Assembly (NCBI GenBank): GCA_964598205.1
Contig: CAZRBB010000004.1
Location: 2,324 to 66,323 of the forward strand
DNA from: an uncultured Candidatus Saccharibacteria bacterium
GTDB taxonomy: Bacteria > Patescibacteriota > Minisyncoccia > CAIUEV01 > JAHKAQ01
Direction: 5' to 3'
Length of the DNA stretch: 64,000 nt
This document shows positions 31,506-41,283 of the stretch, piece by piece. Within the stretch, counting starts at the first letter, position 1, and each line of letters begins with the position of its first letter. The translations under genes were made by a program, and so were the position numbers. The notes under the pieces are model-generated. The model ran no database searches. It was given only the letters and a program-made list of their open reading frames with translations, and was not told where the DNA came from.

Positions 31506-31537
31506 GAGAAAAATATAGTTCCTAAACTAAATATGAC

Positions 31538-32098
31538 ATGAAGATTTCTTTAGAAAAATTGGAAAAAAAGTTGCGAAATTGCCAAGCGTGTGAACTGGGA
31601 AAAGGGCGGACTAATTTGGTGTTTGGAGAGGGAAGCTTGGATGCAGACCTAATGTTTATTGGGGAAGGGCCAGGTCGGAAAGAAGATGAATTAGGTCGGC
31701 CATTTGTGGGGGCAGCTGGGAAATTTTTAGATGAGCTTTTAGCTTCGGTTGATTTAGAAAGAAAAGTTGTGTATATTGCCAATATTGTTAAATGTCGGCC
31801 ACCACAGAATCGCGATCCGTTGCCCCAAGAAGTAGAAGCTTGTTTTCCTTTTTTGGCTCGGCAGATTAAAGTGATTAAGCCAAAATTGCTGGTGCTTTTA
31901 GGCAGGCACTCTTTGGTGCGATTTATGCCACAAAAAACAATTTCTAAAGCACATGGCCAAGCTTTTCGGCGGGAATTTCCAGGATTAGGAAAGCAGGTAT
32001 TTTTTGCCATGTATCATCCAGCCGCTGCTCTTTACAATGGAGGTCTCAGAGAAACGCTTTTTCGGGATTTTAAAAGAATTCCAAAGATCCTAGGATAA
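31538..32098 (+). CDS. Uracil-DNA glycosylase family 4
   Basis: CQAC, GEGPG, GRPFVG, KCRPP, YHPAA. Confidence 0.95.
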   Translation: MKISLEKLEKKLRNCQACELGKGRTNLVFGEGSLDADLMFIGEGPGRKEDELGRPFVGAAGKFLDELLASVDLERKVVYIANIVKCRPPQNRDPLPQEVEACFPFLARQIKVIKPKLLVLLGRHSLVRFMPQKTISKAHGQAFRREFPGLGKQVFFAMYHPAAALYNGGLRETLFRDFKRIPKILG

Positions 32099-32227
32099 TT
32101 GTGAATGACGAATTTTGAATTTTGATTAAAATTTGAATAATTAATTTTAAAATTAAAATCCATTTTAAAATTATTTTTTCTAAATTATTTCGAAATTCAA
32201 GCTTTAAAATTAAAAATTTAAAAATAG

Positions 32228-32300
32228 GCCGAGATAGCTCAGTTGGTAGAGCACAGGACTGAAAATCCTGGTGTCGGCGGTTCAATCCCGCCTCTCGGCA
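32228..32300 (+). tRNA. tRNA-Phe(GAA), CCA not encoded
   Basis: GCCGAGATAGCTCAGTTGGTAGAGC...CTGAAAA...GGTTCAATCC...TCTCGGCA. Confidence 0.97.
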
Positions 32301-32344
32301 CAAATAAATTCGAGCTTGGATTCGTAAAGGAAGTTGTTAAATTA

Positions 32345-32995
32345 GTGAAGAAGAAAATAACAATCAAAAAGCTCTCTCTAATGGTGGAAGAAGGATTTGG
32401 CGATTTTTAACATCAAAATTTGACTCTTGGTGGCGGGCATCGATTGCGCTAGGTTTTGAGCGGAAAAAGGCAATTATGGATTCTTGCGATAAGGGCTATT
32501 TTTTGGTAATATTTTTTCAATGAACCAAGAGTAAAAAAGGAAAAAGCCTTGAGAAAGAAATAAAGATTCAAACAAAAAATGGGAGTCTGGCTATTTATAA
32601 TGTCTAAATTTAGAAGGAAAGCTTGAATGCTTTTGGCGTGGCAACACCTATGTTGGCTATAAAGAATATTAAGGAATCGGCTGAGGTAATTGGAGAAGAA
32701 ACGGTCGGGTCGGTGAAGATAGATACCAATAAAAATGTCGATGGAATAGATAATTAAACTGGTGCTGACAGTCAAAGGTTAGCAGTAACTACCGGAGCGA
32801 TTACCGAAACTTGCAAGGTCTTTCTTTTTTTTTTGGGGGGGGGGTACTTACTGGGTAGAAAAAAATACAATAAAGAAACTGATAAATTTACTAGCTTTAA
32901 GATCGCTTTTAAAAACCAATTACCAGCAAAACCAAAGTTTTTTGGTTGATTGTGGAAAAGGCGGAGTAAAAATAGAAAAAACAGAGCAAGAATAA
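32345..32995 (+). pseudogene. Possible degraded gene (beta-strand-repeat-like fragments)
   Basis: Protein-like stretches (EIKIQTKNGSLAI, VGSVKIDTNK, VDCGKGGVKIEK) interrupted by stops. Confidence 0.25.
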
Positions 32996-33015
32996 AATGT
33001 GTTATAATAAAAAAT

Positions 33016-34242
33016 ATGAACAATCCTTATCTTAAAATTAGAATGGCGGCGGCGCGGATTAACGCCAAGGAATGGAAGGAGCGATTGGCTCGTTTGGAGG
33101 CAAAGCCGATTTTAGCGAATTCAAAGGTTTTAAAACCGGTGACTCTTTTTAAAGCTGTCACTAAAACTATTTCTTCTCGGCGTAATCCTAGAATGGAGTC
33201 ACTAAAGCTCAGAATGGCCATTTCTCATTCTTCAGAAAAACTAAAAGAAGAAGTTAAGGAATTGAGAGAAAAAGCTTCATTGGCCGGCGTTCTGGGTAGT
33301 ATTCCTCATGGTTCTAGTCGAGAAGGAGAGGTTGATTTAGCAATCTCTTGCCTAAAAGCAACTCGCTTGGAGTTTATAGAAGTTGACTTAGCGGTGGAAA
33401 AGGGGGTAATGGGAATGTTACGAAAGTTAGGATTTTGTGGAGCTAAAGAAGAAAATCCTTCTTATGTTTTACTTCGCAATAAATATTTGGGAGCACTAGA
33501 TGATTTCCGCGGTTTAGTGATTGAGGAATTTAAAAAGAAGAAGGGCTTTTTGTTTAGTGCCAGCTTAAAAACTATTTATCGCATTACTGTTGCCGACGAA
33601 ATAGAAAGATTAAAAGTGGAAAAAGAAAGGCTTTGGCGGCGACAGGGGTTTAAAGGATTTTTGCGTGAAAGAATTCAAGATTATCGCGAGACTTCTTCTG
33701 GCTTAAAAATAATTTTAGGTGTTCTCTTGATTTTTTTTGGATTATTTATTTTCAGTTTTGGAAAAGAAATTCTAAATCTTCTTTCTTTTTTAACAATTAT
33801 TTTGGGAATGGTAATTAGCTTAGAAGGGGTTCATCAGGAGATGAGTATTATTGAAGGTATTCGGCAAGAGCTGACCAGAGCCCAGGCTTTTCGTCGTGCT
33901 TTCCGCCGATTAGGGAGGGGAGAGGCTGGATTAAGAGAACGACTGCGAAAAATCCATTTAAGATTAGAAGAAGATATTTGGCAAATTCGTAAATTCGAAA
34001 AACGCGCCGAAGTTGCTCGCTTTTTGTCCCCCATTCTTTTGGGGGCTACCTTGGGTGCTTTTTTAGCACTTTCTTTAGGAATTTTTGCTGCGCTAAAAGT
34101 TTTTATTTCGGTTTTTGTGGTGCGTTTTTTCTTGATTGTTTATCTTCCTTTAATTCCGTTCAAAGACTCTCTAAGAGTGAATTCTGAATCAAAACAATAC
34201 TCCAAAGAAGGGGAGTATCCAGAAGAAAAAGCTTATATTTAG
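33016..34242 (+). CDS. Hypothetical membrane protein
   Basis: Long ORF, helical, about four TM segments. Confidence 0.6.
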   Translation: MNNPYLKIRMAAARINAKEWKERLARLEAKPILANSKVLKPVTLFKAVTKTISSRRNPRMESLKLRMAISHSSEKLKEEVKELREKASLAGVLGSIPHGSSREGEVDLAISCLKATRLEFIEVDLAVEKGVMGMLRKLGFCGAKEENPSYVLLRNKYLGALDDFRGLVIEEFKKKKGFLFSASLKTIYRITVADEIERLKVEKERLWRRQGFKGFLRERIQDYRETSSGLKIILGVLLIFFGLFIFSFGKEILNLLSFLTIILGMVISLEGVHQEMSIIEGIRQELTRAQAFRRAFRRLGRGEAGLRERLRKIHLRLEEDIWQIRKFEKRAEVARFLSPILLGATLGAFLALSLGIFAALKVFISVFVVRFFLIVYLPLIPFKDSLRVNSESKQYSKEGEYPEEKAYI

Positions 34243-34243
34243 T

Positions 34244-34319
34244 TGGCGCGTCTGGCAGGAATCGAACCCGCAACCTCTTGGTCCGAAGCCAAGCGCTCTA
34301 TCCGTTGAGCTACAGACGC
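34244..34319 (-). tRNA. tRNA-Arg(TCG)
   Basis: GCGTCTGTAGCTCAACGGATAGAGC...CTTCGGA...GGTTCGATTCC...CCA. Confidence 0.96.
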
Positions 34320-34381
34320 TTATCTAGTGTTATCACTTGTTTAGTTTAGTCAATCGTTCCGTAAAGTCAAAGACTTTCTTT

Positions 34382-34502
34382 AATTACGAATTATGAATTA
34401 CGAATTTCGATTAAAGACCAAGTTTTTTAATTTAGAAACGGGCTCGTTTTTAAATTCTAATTTTTAATTTTAATCGAAATTTGTAATTCATAATTCGTAA
34501 TT
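34382..34502. repeat. Heptamer-arm palindrome (family C), 34-bp stem
   Basis: aattacgaattatgaattacgaatttcgattaaa / tttaatcgaaatttgtaattcataattcgtaatt. Confidence 0.85.
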
Positions 34503-34510
34503 CAAAAAAG

Positions 34511-35239
34511 GTGCTTTCTTTTTTTTCTGAATCAAAAAATATTAGAGCGGTGATGTCTGTGGCGTCCGATGGTCCCATGGAAAGAGTGGCTAATAAAAAT
34601 GAAAATATTTTAGAGGCTCCCAACCGTTTTCGGTTTTTTTTAAAGAACGGTATTGATTCGCAAAGAACAGTTTCCTTAGAGCTAAAGGCGGGTTCTGTGG
34701 CTGGTGTTCTTTTGGAAGTTCCTCCGAATGGAGTTTATTCCGAAGCTGATGGCCTAGTAACTAAATTACCAGGAGTGTTTCTTACTGCCACGGCAGCAGA
34801 TTGCGCCTTAGTTTTTCTCTGGGAAGAAAAAGCAGGAATAGTTGGGATTTGTCATGCTGGTTGGCGAGGAGTGGCACAGGGGATAATCAAGAACACGATT
34901 AAAAAAATCTTGGTTATTAGGGGTGAACTTTCTAGCGTTCGTGCTGTAATTTCCCCGGCACTTGGGGTTTGTTGTTTTGAAATCAAAGAAGATGTGGCTT
35001 CCATTTTTAATAATTTGGGATTTTCTCTTTTTATAAAAAAGAAAAAAGGCCGGTTGTTTTTAGATTTAAAGGGGATAATCAAAAAGCAACTAGAAAATTC
35101 AGGATTAAAGTCCGAAAATATTACAATTAGTTCTGATTGTACTTTTTGCGATCCAAAGTATTTTTCTTATCGCCAAAGTGGAGATAACATAAATAAAGGT
35201 CCAATTTCTTTAATGATCGGTGCCATAGGGATTGTTTAA
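34511..35239 (+). CDS. pgeF: YfiH/PgeF family protein
   Basis: ADG..T, ADC, HAGWRG, CCFE, CTFC..YFSYR. Confidence 0.9.
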   Translation: MLSFFSESKNIRAVMSVASDGPMERVANKNENILEAPNRFRFFLKNGIDSQRTVSLELKAGSVAGVLLEVPPNGVYSEADGLVTKLPGVFLTATAADCALVFLWEEKAGIVGICHAGWRGVAQGIIKNTIKKILVIRGELSSVRAVISPALGVCCFEIKEDVASIFNNLGFSLFIKKKKGRLFLDLKGIIKKQLENSGLKSENITISSDCTFCDPKYFSYRQSGDNINKGPISLMIGAIGIV

Positions 35240-35413
35240 TTGCGAATTTCTAATTTTTAATTTCGACTAAAATTAGAATTATTAATTTTAAAACAAAGAT
35301 AATTTTATTCCAAAACCAAAAACCCCCAGATAGTTTAATGTCTAGGGGTATTGATTTTAAATTCGATTTTTTGAATTTAATCGAAATTAAAAATTAGAAA
35401 TTTAGAATTGGAT

Positions 35414-36340
35414 CTAGTCTTTTACTACTGGAGAAATAATACCTTTTTTATTGTCAGAGAAAACATTGCCACTTTGCAGGACTACGCCTTTATTCATTTT
35501 GTCTTCAAAGAAACCGCCCTTGGAGATTTTGGCGATTGCCCAGCGACCGTTTTTGTAAAATTTGTTGTCTCTAATCCAAACAGAACCACTCTCTCCTTTC
35601 CCAGCAACTTCTAGGCCTTCGCGGTTGTTATCTCTAATAGAATTCTTTTTTACGGTAATTTTACTTCCGTCTAGCGTTAGCTTAATACCATCGCCGCCAT
35701 TATCCTTGATTTTGTTCTTAGACAAGGCTCCTTCTGATCCAGAAGAAAATTCTACCCCGTCTTTTTGGTTGTCGGTAATTTCGTTATTGTCTAAAACAAA
35801 AATTCTTTGACGGGAGTAAATCCCGTTCCAACCGTTTTTAGTAATCAGCGAATCGTAAACTTCTACTTGGCGACTTTCCTTCATTTTACCTTCTTCCACA
35901 GTTAAGCCGTCTTTATCGCTGTTTTTAATTACACAGTTCTTGATTAGGGCACCCACACCTTCCTTAACCACAACACCGCGTTCGCCACCATCTATGGTGA
36001 CATTTCTTAGGGCAGTTTTGTGGTAAAGAGAGACAACAGTTTTGTTTTTGCCTTCAGGTTTAATAATTACCTTGTCCTTATCTTCTCCGTCTATTTCTAC
36101 GCCTTCCCAAACTTTTAAATTTTCGTAGTAGGTTCCTTTTCTAATATAAACATCTTTATCTTTAGATTTGGCCTTATCAATGGCTTTTTGGATAGAGGAG
36201 TAAGGGTGCTTGGAGCTACCATCCATGTCTCCTTTAGCATTCTTATCCGCGTAAACTCGGTCTTTGGCGGTAGCCGAAAAGCCTAATGGAAGGAGTACAG
36301 AAAAAAGAACCATTAAAGAAAACCCAATTAACTTTTTCAT
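35414..36340 (-). CDS. Secreted right-handed beta-helix protein
   Basis: Signal peptide, DGSSKHPYSSIQKAI, GTYYE, repeated I..N..DG. Confidence 0.85.
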   Translation of the reverse strand: MKKLIGFSLMVLFSVLLPLGFSATAKDRVYADKNAKGDMDGSSKHPYSSIQKAIDKAKSKDKDVYIRKGTYYENLKVWEGVEIDGEDKDKVIIKPEGKNKTVVSLYHKTALRNVTIDGGERGVVVKEGVGALIKNCVIKNSDKDGLTVEEGKMKESRQVEVYDSLITKNGWNGIYSRQRIFVLDNNEITDNQKDGVEFSSGSEGALSKNKIKDNGGDGIKLTLDGSKITVKKNSIRDNNREGLEVAGKGESGSVWIRDNKFYKNGRWAIAKISKGGFFEDKMNKGVVLQSGNVFSDNKKGIISPVVKD

Positions 36341-36375
36341 AGAAACATTAATTAATTATGAATTACGATTTATAC

Positions 36376-36521
36376 CTTTTTCAAACTGATGTTCTTTTCG
36401 GAGTACGCTCGTCCTCGACCAGACCTCGCTCCACCTTGTTCCTGCATTCCTTTGTCTAAAAAGCTTAAAATCTAGTTGGTGGGAACAAGGAGCCTCCTCT
36501 AAGAACGACAGTTTGGAAAAG
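36376..36521. repeat. Repeat family A copy 7
   Basis: A core with outer stem tttttcaaactg/cagtttggaaaa. Confidence 0.9.
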
Positions 36522-36670
36522 AGGCTAATCTTGGCTGAATTCGTTTCCCGAAAGATAGATTCAAACAAGATTAAAAAAGAGATCTCTTCTTTTGGTTTCG
36601 GCTTTTTCTTATGTTAAAATAAAGCCGTTGAGTTTTTGTTTTTTTTGGAAACATTATTTAATAGCATAAA

Positions 36671-37357
36671 ATGGTAAAAGAGTCAAGGATAAATCTCCCT
36701 GTTAACTATCCGGGTCGAATTTTAGTGTTTGAAGGCGGTGATGGTACTGGTAAATCTGCTCAGATAGAAAAATTGAAAAATCTTTTAGGAGAGAGAAAAA
36801 TTCCTTTTGTTTTTTTTAAGTTTCCACGGCACGGTAAGGCGGTCTTTGGGAAAATAGTAGACAATTATTTGGAAGGGAAGTTTGGTAATCCGGTTTGCTT
36901 GGATCCTTATTTGTCGGCTTCTTTTTTTGCTTCCGACAGGCGAGAAGTTTTATCCAAAATCAAAAAAGCGCAGAAACAAGGCAAGTTGGTTTTAATGGAT
37001 CGATTTACTGGTTCTAATTTGGCACACCAACTGGCCAAGATAGAAGGAAAGGAAGCGCGACGGCGATTTTCTTTGTGGCTTTTTAACTTGGAACATCAAG
37101 TTCTTGGCTTGCCAACGGCAGATTGGGTGCTTTATTTTTCTGTTTCGGTTAAGTCTTCTTTAAAACTTTTAAACAAAACTACCAAGAATAAAGATGGTCA
37201 TGAAATCGATTTAGATTATCTTTCTCTGGTAAAAAAAGAATTTGACGCTATTGCTAAAAATGGCCGAGAATGGCACATTATAGAGTGTGAAGAACAAGGT
37301 TGCCTGCTTTCGCTAGAGGCGGTATTTAAAATGGTTCGCAATCTTTTAAGTATCTAA
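36671..37357 (+). CDS. tmk: Thymidylate kinase
   Basis: FEGGDGTGKS, FPR, DRF. Confidence 0.9.
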   Translation: MVKESRINLPVNYPGRILVFEGGDGTGKSAQIEKLKNLLGERKIPFVFFKFPRHGKAVFGKIVDNYLEGKFGNPVCLDPYLSASFFASDRREVLSKIKKAQKQGKLVLMDRFTGSNLAHQLAKIEGKEARRRFSLWLFNLEHQVLGLPTADWVLYFSVSVKSSLKLLNKTTKNKDGHEIDLDYLSLVKKEFDAIAKNGREWHIIECEEQGCLLSLEAVFKMVRNLLSI

Positions 37358-37367
37358 GAGCGTTAAC

Positions 37368-37934
37368 ATGAAGATTGTTTTGGGAATTTCCGGAAGGAAT
37401 GGTAGCGGTAAGGACACGGTTGCTGATTATCTTGTTTCTAAGCATCAAGCAGAAAAGCTGGTTTTTTCGGATCTTCTAACGGAAGCACTTTCTTTTTTTA
37501 TTACCAAAATTGGTCGATCTGATCATGCTTGGCTTTCTACTTTTCTTAGGGAGAAATATGGTGAAGGTATTTTAGGGGTAGCAATGAAAAGAAGAATCAA
37601 GCGCTCAACCGCTGATTTGGTGGTAGTTTCTGGCTTGCGAGATTTTGGTGAGCTTTCTATGATTCGCTCTTTTTCTAGCGGTTACTTGGTTTTTGTAGAA
37701 ACCGATCAAAAAGTTCGTTGGGAAAGGTTAAAAAAAAGAAACAAGAAGGCGGACGATACTGTTAGTTTTTTAAAATTTCAACGGCAAAAAGAAAAACTTC
37801 CTTCTGAAGCTTGGATTTCTGGATTAAAAGAAAAAGCAGATTTTATTATTAATAATAACAGTCAAAGAGAATTAGCCGAACAACAGGTAGAGAAAATACT
37901 GACTAAAATTTATTCCCGAGCAAATAATAATTAA
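37368..37934 (+). CDS. P-loop NMP/dephospho-CoA kinase-like protein
   Basis: GRNGSGKDT, GLR, RWER, ADFIINN. Confidence 0.75.
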   Translation: MKIVLGISGRNGSGKDTVADYLVSKHQAEKLVFSDLLTEALSFFITKIGRSDHAWLSTFLREKYGEGILGVAMKRRIKRSTADLVVVSGLRDFGELSMIRSFSSGYLVFVETDQKVRWERLKKRNKKADDTVSFLKFQRQKEKLPSEAWISGLKEKADFIINNNSQRELAEQQVEKILTKIYSRANNN

Positions 37935-37981
37935 TTATTAGTTGATAAAGGACTATTAAAGATAAAGAAATAAATCTTGAT

Positions 37982-38533
37982 ATGAAAAAAATTTATTTGG
38001 GATTGGTTGGCGAAGCGGGGAGTGGCAAAAATACAGTGGCAGATTTTTTAGAGAAGCAGTTCGGTGCTCAAATAGTGACCTCTTCCTATCTTTTAAAAAA
38101 GGCTATTCAGATTTTTATTTCTAAGATTGGTCGAGCGGATTATATTTGGTTTGTGGAAAAATTAACTGAAAAATACGGTGAAGATATTATTTCCAAAGCA
38201 GTGGTAAAAAATATGCAGGAATTTTCGGCGCCGATTGTGGTTTTTAATGGTGTGCGTTTGCCGAGTGATTATGAGATGTTAAAAAAGATTGGTGGAATAT
38301 TGGTTTATGTAACGGCGGATTCTCGTGTACGTTGGCAAAGAGTTCAGAAGCGAGGTGAAAAATCAGACGACAGGGCTCCTTTTGAAGAGTTTATGGCAAT
38401 GCATAGCGCCAAGACGGAAATCAATGTTCCTAAAATAGGTCTTTTGGCGGACTATCAGATTAAAAACGATGGCTCTTTGGCAGACTTGGAGAAAGCAACG
38501 ACTTTGGTTATAGAAAAGATAGAAAAAGCCTAG
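37982..38533 (+). CDS. P-loop NMP/dephospho-CoA kinase-like protein (paralog of preceding gene)
   Basis: GEAGSGKNT, EKYGE, GVR, RWQR, ADYQIKN. Confidence 0.75.
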   Translation: MKKIYLGLVGEAGSGKNTVADFLEKQFGAQIVTSSYLLKKAIQIFISKIGRADYIWFVEKLTEKYGEDIISKAVVKNMQEFSAPIVVFNGVRLPSDYEMLKKIGGILVYVTADSRVRWQRVQKRGEKSDDRAPFEEFMAMHSAKTEINVPKIGLLADYQIKNDGSLADLEKATTLVIEKIEKA

Positions 38534-38536
38534 GGA

Positions 38537-38652
38537 TAATTTCGAATTTCGAATTTTGAATTTCGATTCAAGCTAGAATTCATAATTTAAAATAATTTAG
38601 AAATTCTAAATTATAATTTTATTCGAAATTAAAAATTCGAAATTAAGAATTA
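38537..38652. repeat. Heptamer-arm palindrome (family C)
   Basis: aatttcgaatttcgaattttgaatttcga...tcgaaattaaaaattcgaaatt. Confidence 0.75.
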
Positions 38653-38658
38653 AATAAG

Positions 38659-40155
38659 ATGGCTTACAAAACTCGAATTGGTTTAGAGATTCATATTCAG
38701 CCAGAAACAGAGAGTAAAATGTTCTGTCGTTGCCCCAATGAATTTAATCCGGGGGAGCCAAATAAAAATATTTGCGAAATTTGTACTGGTCAGCCAGGAA
38801 CTCTACCGGCGGTTAATGAAGTAGCGGTAAGGGCGATTGTTAAGGCAGGAATGGCTTTGAATTGTTCTATTAATCGCCGAGCGCATTGGGATCGCAAGCA
38901 TTATTTTTATCCCGATTTGCCAAAAGGGTATCAGCTAACCCAAAATACAACACCTTTTTGTATTGGTGGATTTTTAGATGTGGATTACGAAGACAAAACT
39001 GGGGCAAAAAAAATCAAGCGAGTAGAAATTAATCGAATTCATTTAGAGGAAGATGCGGGGAAGGATTTGCATCCTGCTGGCGCTAATTATTCTTTGATTG
39101 ACTTAAATCGTGCTGGGGCGCCATTGATTGAACTAGTCACCGAGCCGGTAATAGAGAGCAAGGAACAGGCGACCGCTTTTTGCAAATCTTTACGGCAAAT
39201 TTTTCGCTATCTGAACATTTCTGCGGCGGACATGGAAAAAGGTCAAATGCGTTGTGAAGTGAATATTAGCTTAGAAGAAGAAGGAAAAGATCTTTCGGGA
39301 GTAAAAGTGGAAGTAAAGAATATTAACTCTTTTAAAGGTGTTTTAAAAAGCATTGCCTACGAAGAAGATCGGCAGAAAGAACTTTTGGAAAAAGGAGAAA
39401 AGATTGTGCCAGAAACTAGAGGCTGGGATGCTGATGCCGGCGTTACTATCTCTCAGCGGGCCAAAGAAGAAGCTTACGATTATCGTTATTTTCCAGACCC
39501 AGATATTCCGCCGGTTAATATTAACGACGAACTTTTTTTAGAGATTAAAAATTCACTTTCAGAATTACCAGGAGAAAAGAAAAAACGATTTTGTGCGGAC
39601 TATAAAATACCAGAACTCTTGGCTAATGATTTGGTTCTAGAAAAATCAGCGGCAGAATTTTTTGAAAATATTGTTTCAGAGATAGATAGTTTTTTAAAGG
39701 ATGAGAAAAAATTAAAACAAGAGTTAAGAGATAGAACGATTATTTTGGCGGCCAATTATTTTTCTACAGAAGTTTTTCGTTTGGCGGCTATGTCGGGCAT
39801 TGATTTTTCCGAATTCAAAATGACGAGTGAAAACTTTGCCGAACTAATGTTGATCATTGCCAAGGGAGAGATTAATTCTTCTGCGGCTCAAAAGATATTA
39901 AAAGAAATGTTTAGTTCGGGCGGTGACCCTTCGCAAATTATTGAGCGGGATAATTTAAAAATAGAAAAAGACTCGGGATTAGTTCTAGAAAAAGTAAAAG
40001 AGGTTCTTTTGGAAAATTCGGCCGCTAAGAGTGATTATCTTTCTGGGAAAGAAAAAGCATTGCAGTTTCTTTTGGGCCAAGTAATGGCCAAAACAAAAGG
40101 CAAGGCAGAACCCAAAGAAGCGCTAGAAATGTTGAAAAAGGAAATGGTGCAATAA
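38659..40155 (+). CDS. gatB: Asp/Glu-tRNA amidotransferase subunit B
   Basis: IGLEIH, YFYPDLPKGYQ, HLEEDAGK, YRYFPDPD. Confidence 0.97.
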   Translation: MAYKTRIGLEIHIQPETESKMFCRCPNEFNPGEPNKNICEICTGQPGTLPAVNEVAVRAIVKAGMALNCSINRRAHWDRKHYFYPDLPKGYQLTQNTTPFCIGGFLDVDYEDKTGAKKIKRVEINRIHLEEDAGKDLHPAGANYSLIDLNRAGAPLIELVTEPVIESKEQATAFCKSLRQIFRYLNISAADMEKGQMRCEVNISLEEEGKDLSGVKVEVKNINSFKGVLKSIAYEEDRQKELLEKGEKIVPETRGWDADAGVTISQRAKEEAYDYRYFPDPDIPPVNINDELFLEIKNSLSELPGEKKKRFCADYKIPELLANDLVLEKSAAEFFENIVSEIDSFLKDEKKLKQELRDRTIILAANYFSTEVFRLAAMSGIDFSEFKMTSENFAELMLIIAKGEINSSAAQKILKEMFSSGGDPSQIIERDNLKIEKDSGLVLEKVKEVLLENSAAKSDYLSGKEKALQFLLGQVMAKTKGKAEPKEALEMLKKEMVQ

Positions 40156-40167
40156 AGTATAAAAATA

Positions 40168-40516
40168 AAGAGTCTGATTGGTGTATTTTCTTGGGAGACG
40201 CTCGATTTTTTTCCAGCGAAAAATCTCGCTAAATAATATTGGAAAAATTTCCAAAATAAATTTTGGAACCAAGCAATTTTTCCAATATATTCTCCCAAGA
40301 AGACACACCAATCAGACTCTTATATAATTTATTATTCGGTCGGAGTTCGTTCGGCCTCGACCGGTCCTCGCTCCACCTTGTTCCTGTTCTGTTTTGTCTA
40401 AAAAGCTTGAAGTTTGGCAGGGTGGGACCAAGGAGCCTCCTCAAAGAATATTAGCTTGGAAAATAAAAAGCCTGGTTAGTATATTCTCCCAAGAAGATAT
40501 ACCAATCAGGCTTTTA
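40168..40516. repeat. Composite repeat: branched hairpin 40168-40321, family A copy 8 (about 40331-40452), hairpin 40467-40515
   Basis: Stem aagagtctgattggtgt...acaccaatcagactctt; 37-bp direct repeat 40286-40322/40480-40516. Confidence 0.8.
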
Positions 40517-40532
40517 TTATAGAGTAAACAAT

Positions 40533-40964
40533 TTATTTTTCGGTTGGAGTTTTTTCGGTTGGAGTTTCTTTGATTTCTTTGGCTGTTTCGGTATTTGGAG
40601 AGGTTTCTGGAGCTGTTGTTTCTGGATTGGTTACGGCTGGAGTAGTGGGCGTGGCGGCGGGAGTATTCGGGGTAGTAGTTTCTTCTCCTTCTTTCTTTTT
40701 CTTTCTAAAAACAACTTTTCTCTTTGGTCCTTCTATAATTTTTTCTTTAACAAAGAGATTATGAACGGTGTCGCTGGTCTGGGCACCATTTTTAATCCAA
40801 TGAAGGATCCGTTCTTTTTTGAATTGGTTTATTTTTTGATGAGGATTCACGGAACCTAGGATTTCTAAAAACTTACCAGAAGCGGCTTTGCTTTTTTCTG
40901 CTACAACCAAGCGGTAATAAGCTTGATTCTTTTTGCCGACTCTTTGTAATCTGATAATCAACAT
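40533..40964 (-). CDS. rpsP: 30S ribosomal protein S16 with T/P/E-rich tail
   Basis: MLIIRLQRVGKK..YRLVVA, W...GAQ.SDTV. Confidence 0.95.
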   Translation of the reverse strand: MLIIRLQRVGKKNQAYYRLVVAEKSKAASGKFLEILGSVNPHQKINQFKKERILHWIKNGAQTSDTVHNLFVKEKIIEGPKRKVVFRKKKKEGEETTTPNTPAATPTTPAVTNPETTAPETSPNTETAKEIKETPTEKTPTEK

Positions 40965-41059
40965 AAAAAATAAAAAATATTTAGACAACTAAAAAAAGAG
41001 GAAATAAAATTAATCTCTTTTGGATAGTAGATTAAAGAGTTGGTTCCGTCAATATAATC

Positions 41060-41238
41060 GTGAATTTTTAATTACGAATTTTGAATTTCGATTAAAATTA
41101 GAATAATTAATTTAAAAACAAAAATATTATTGCGTACTTCCAGAAACTAAATCCGTTAGAATAGATTTAAGTCAAGATTGATTTTAAAATTCGAATTTCA
41201 GATTTTATTCAAAATTAAAAATTCGTAATTCTAAATTT
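41060..41238. repeat. Heptamer-arm palindrome (family C)
   Basis: aattacgaattttgaatttcga...aaaattaaaaattcgtaatt. Confidence 0.75.
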
Positions 41239-41283
41239 AGAAAGTCTCTTTCCTATTTTAAAGGAGAACGCTAAGCTCTGATT

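Noticed and set aside
32449-33023. Two minus-strand ORFs, one containing NLS-like PPPKKKRK
   Set aside because: No recognisable family; the motif is simply the translation of the T10-G10 tract
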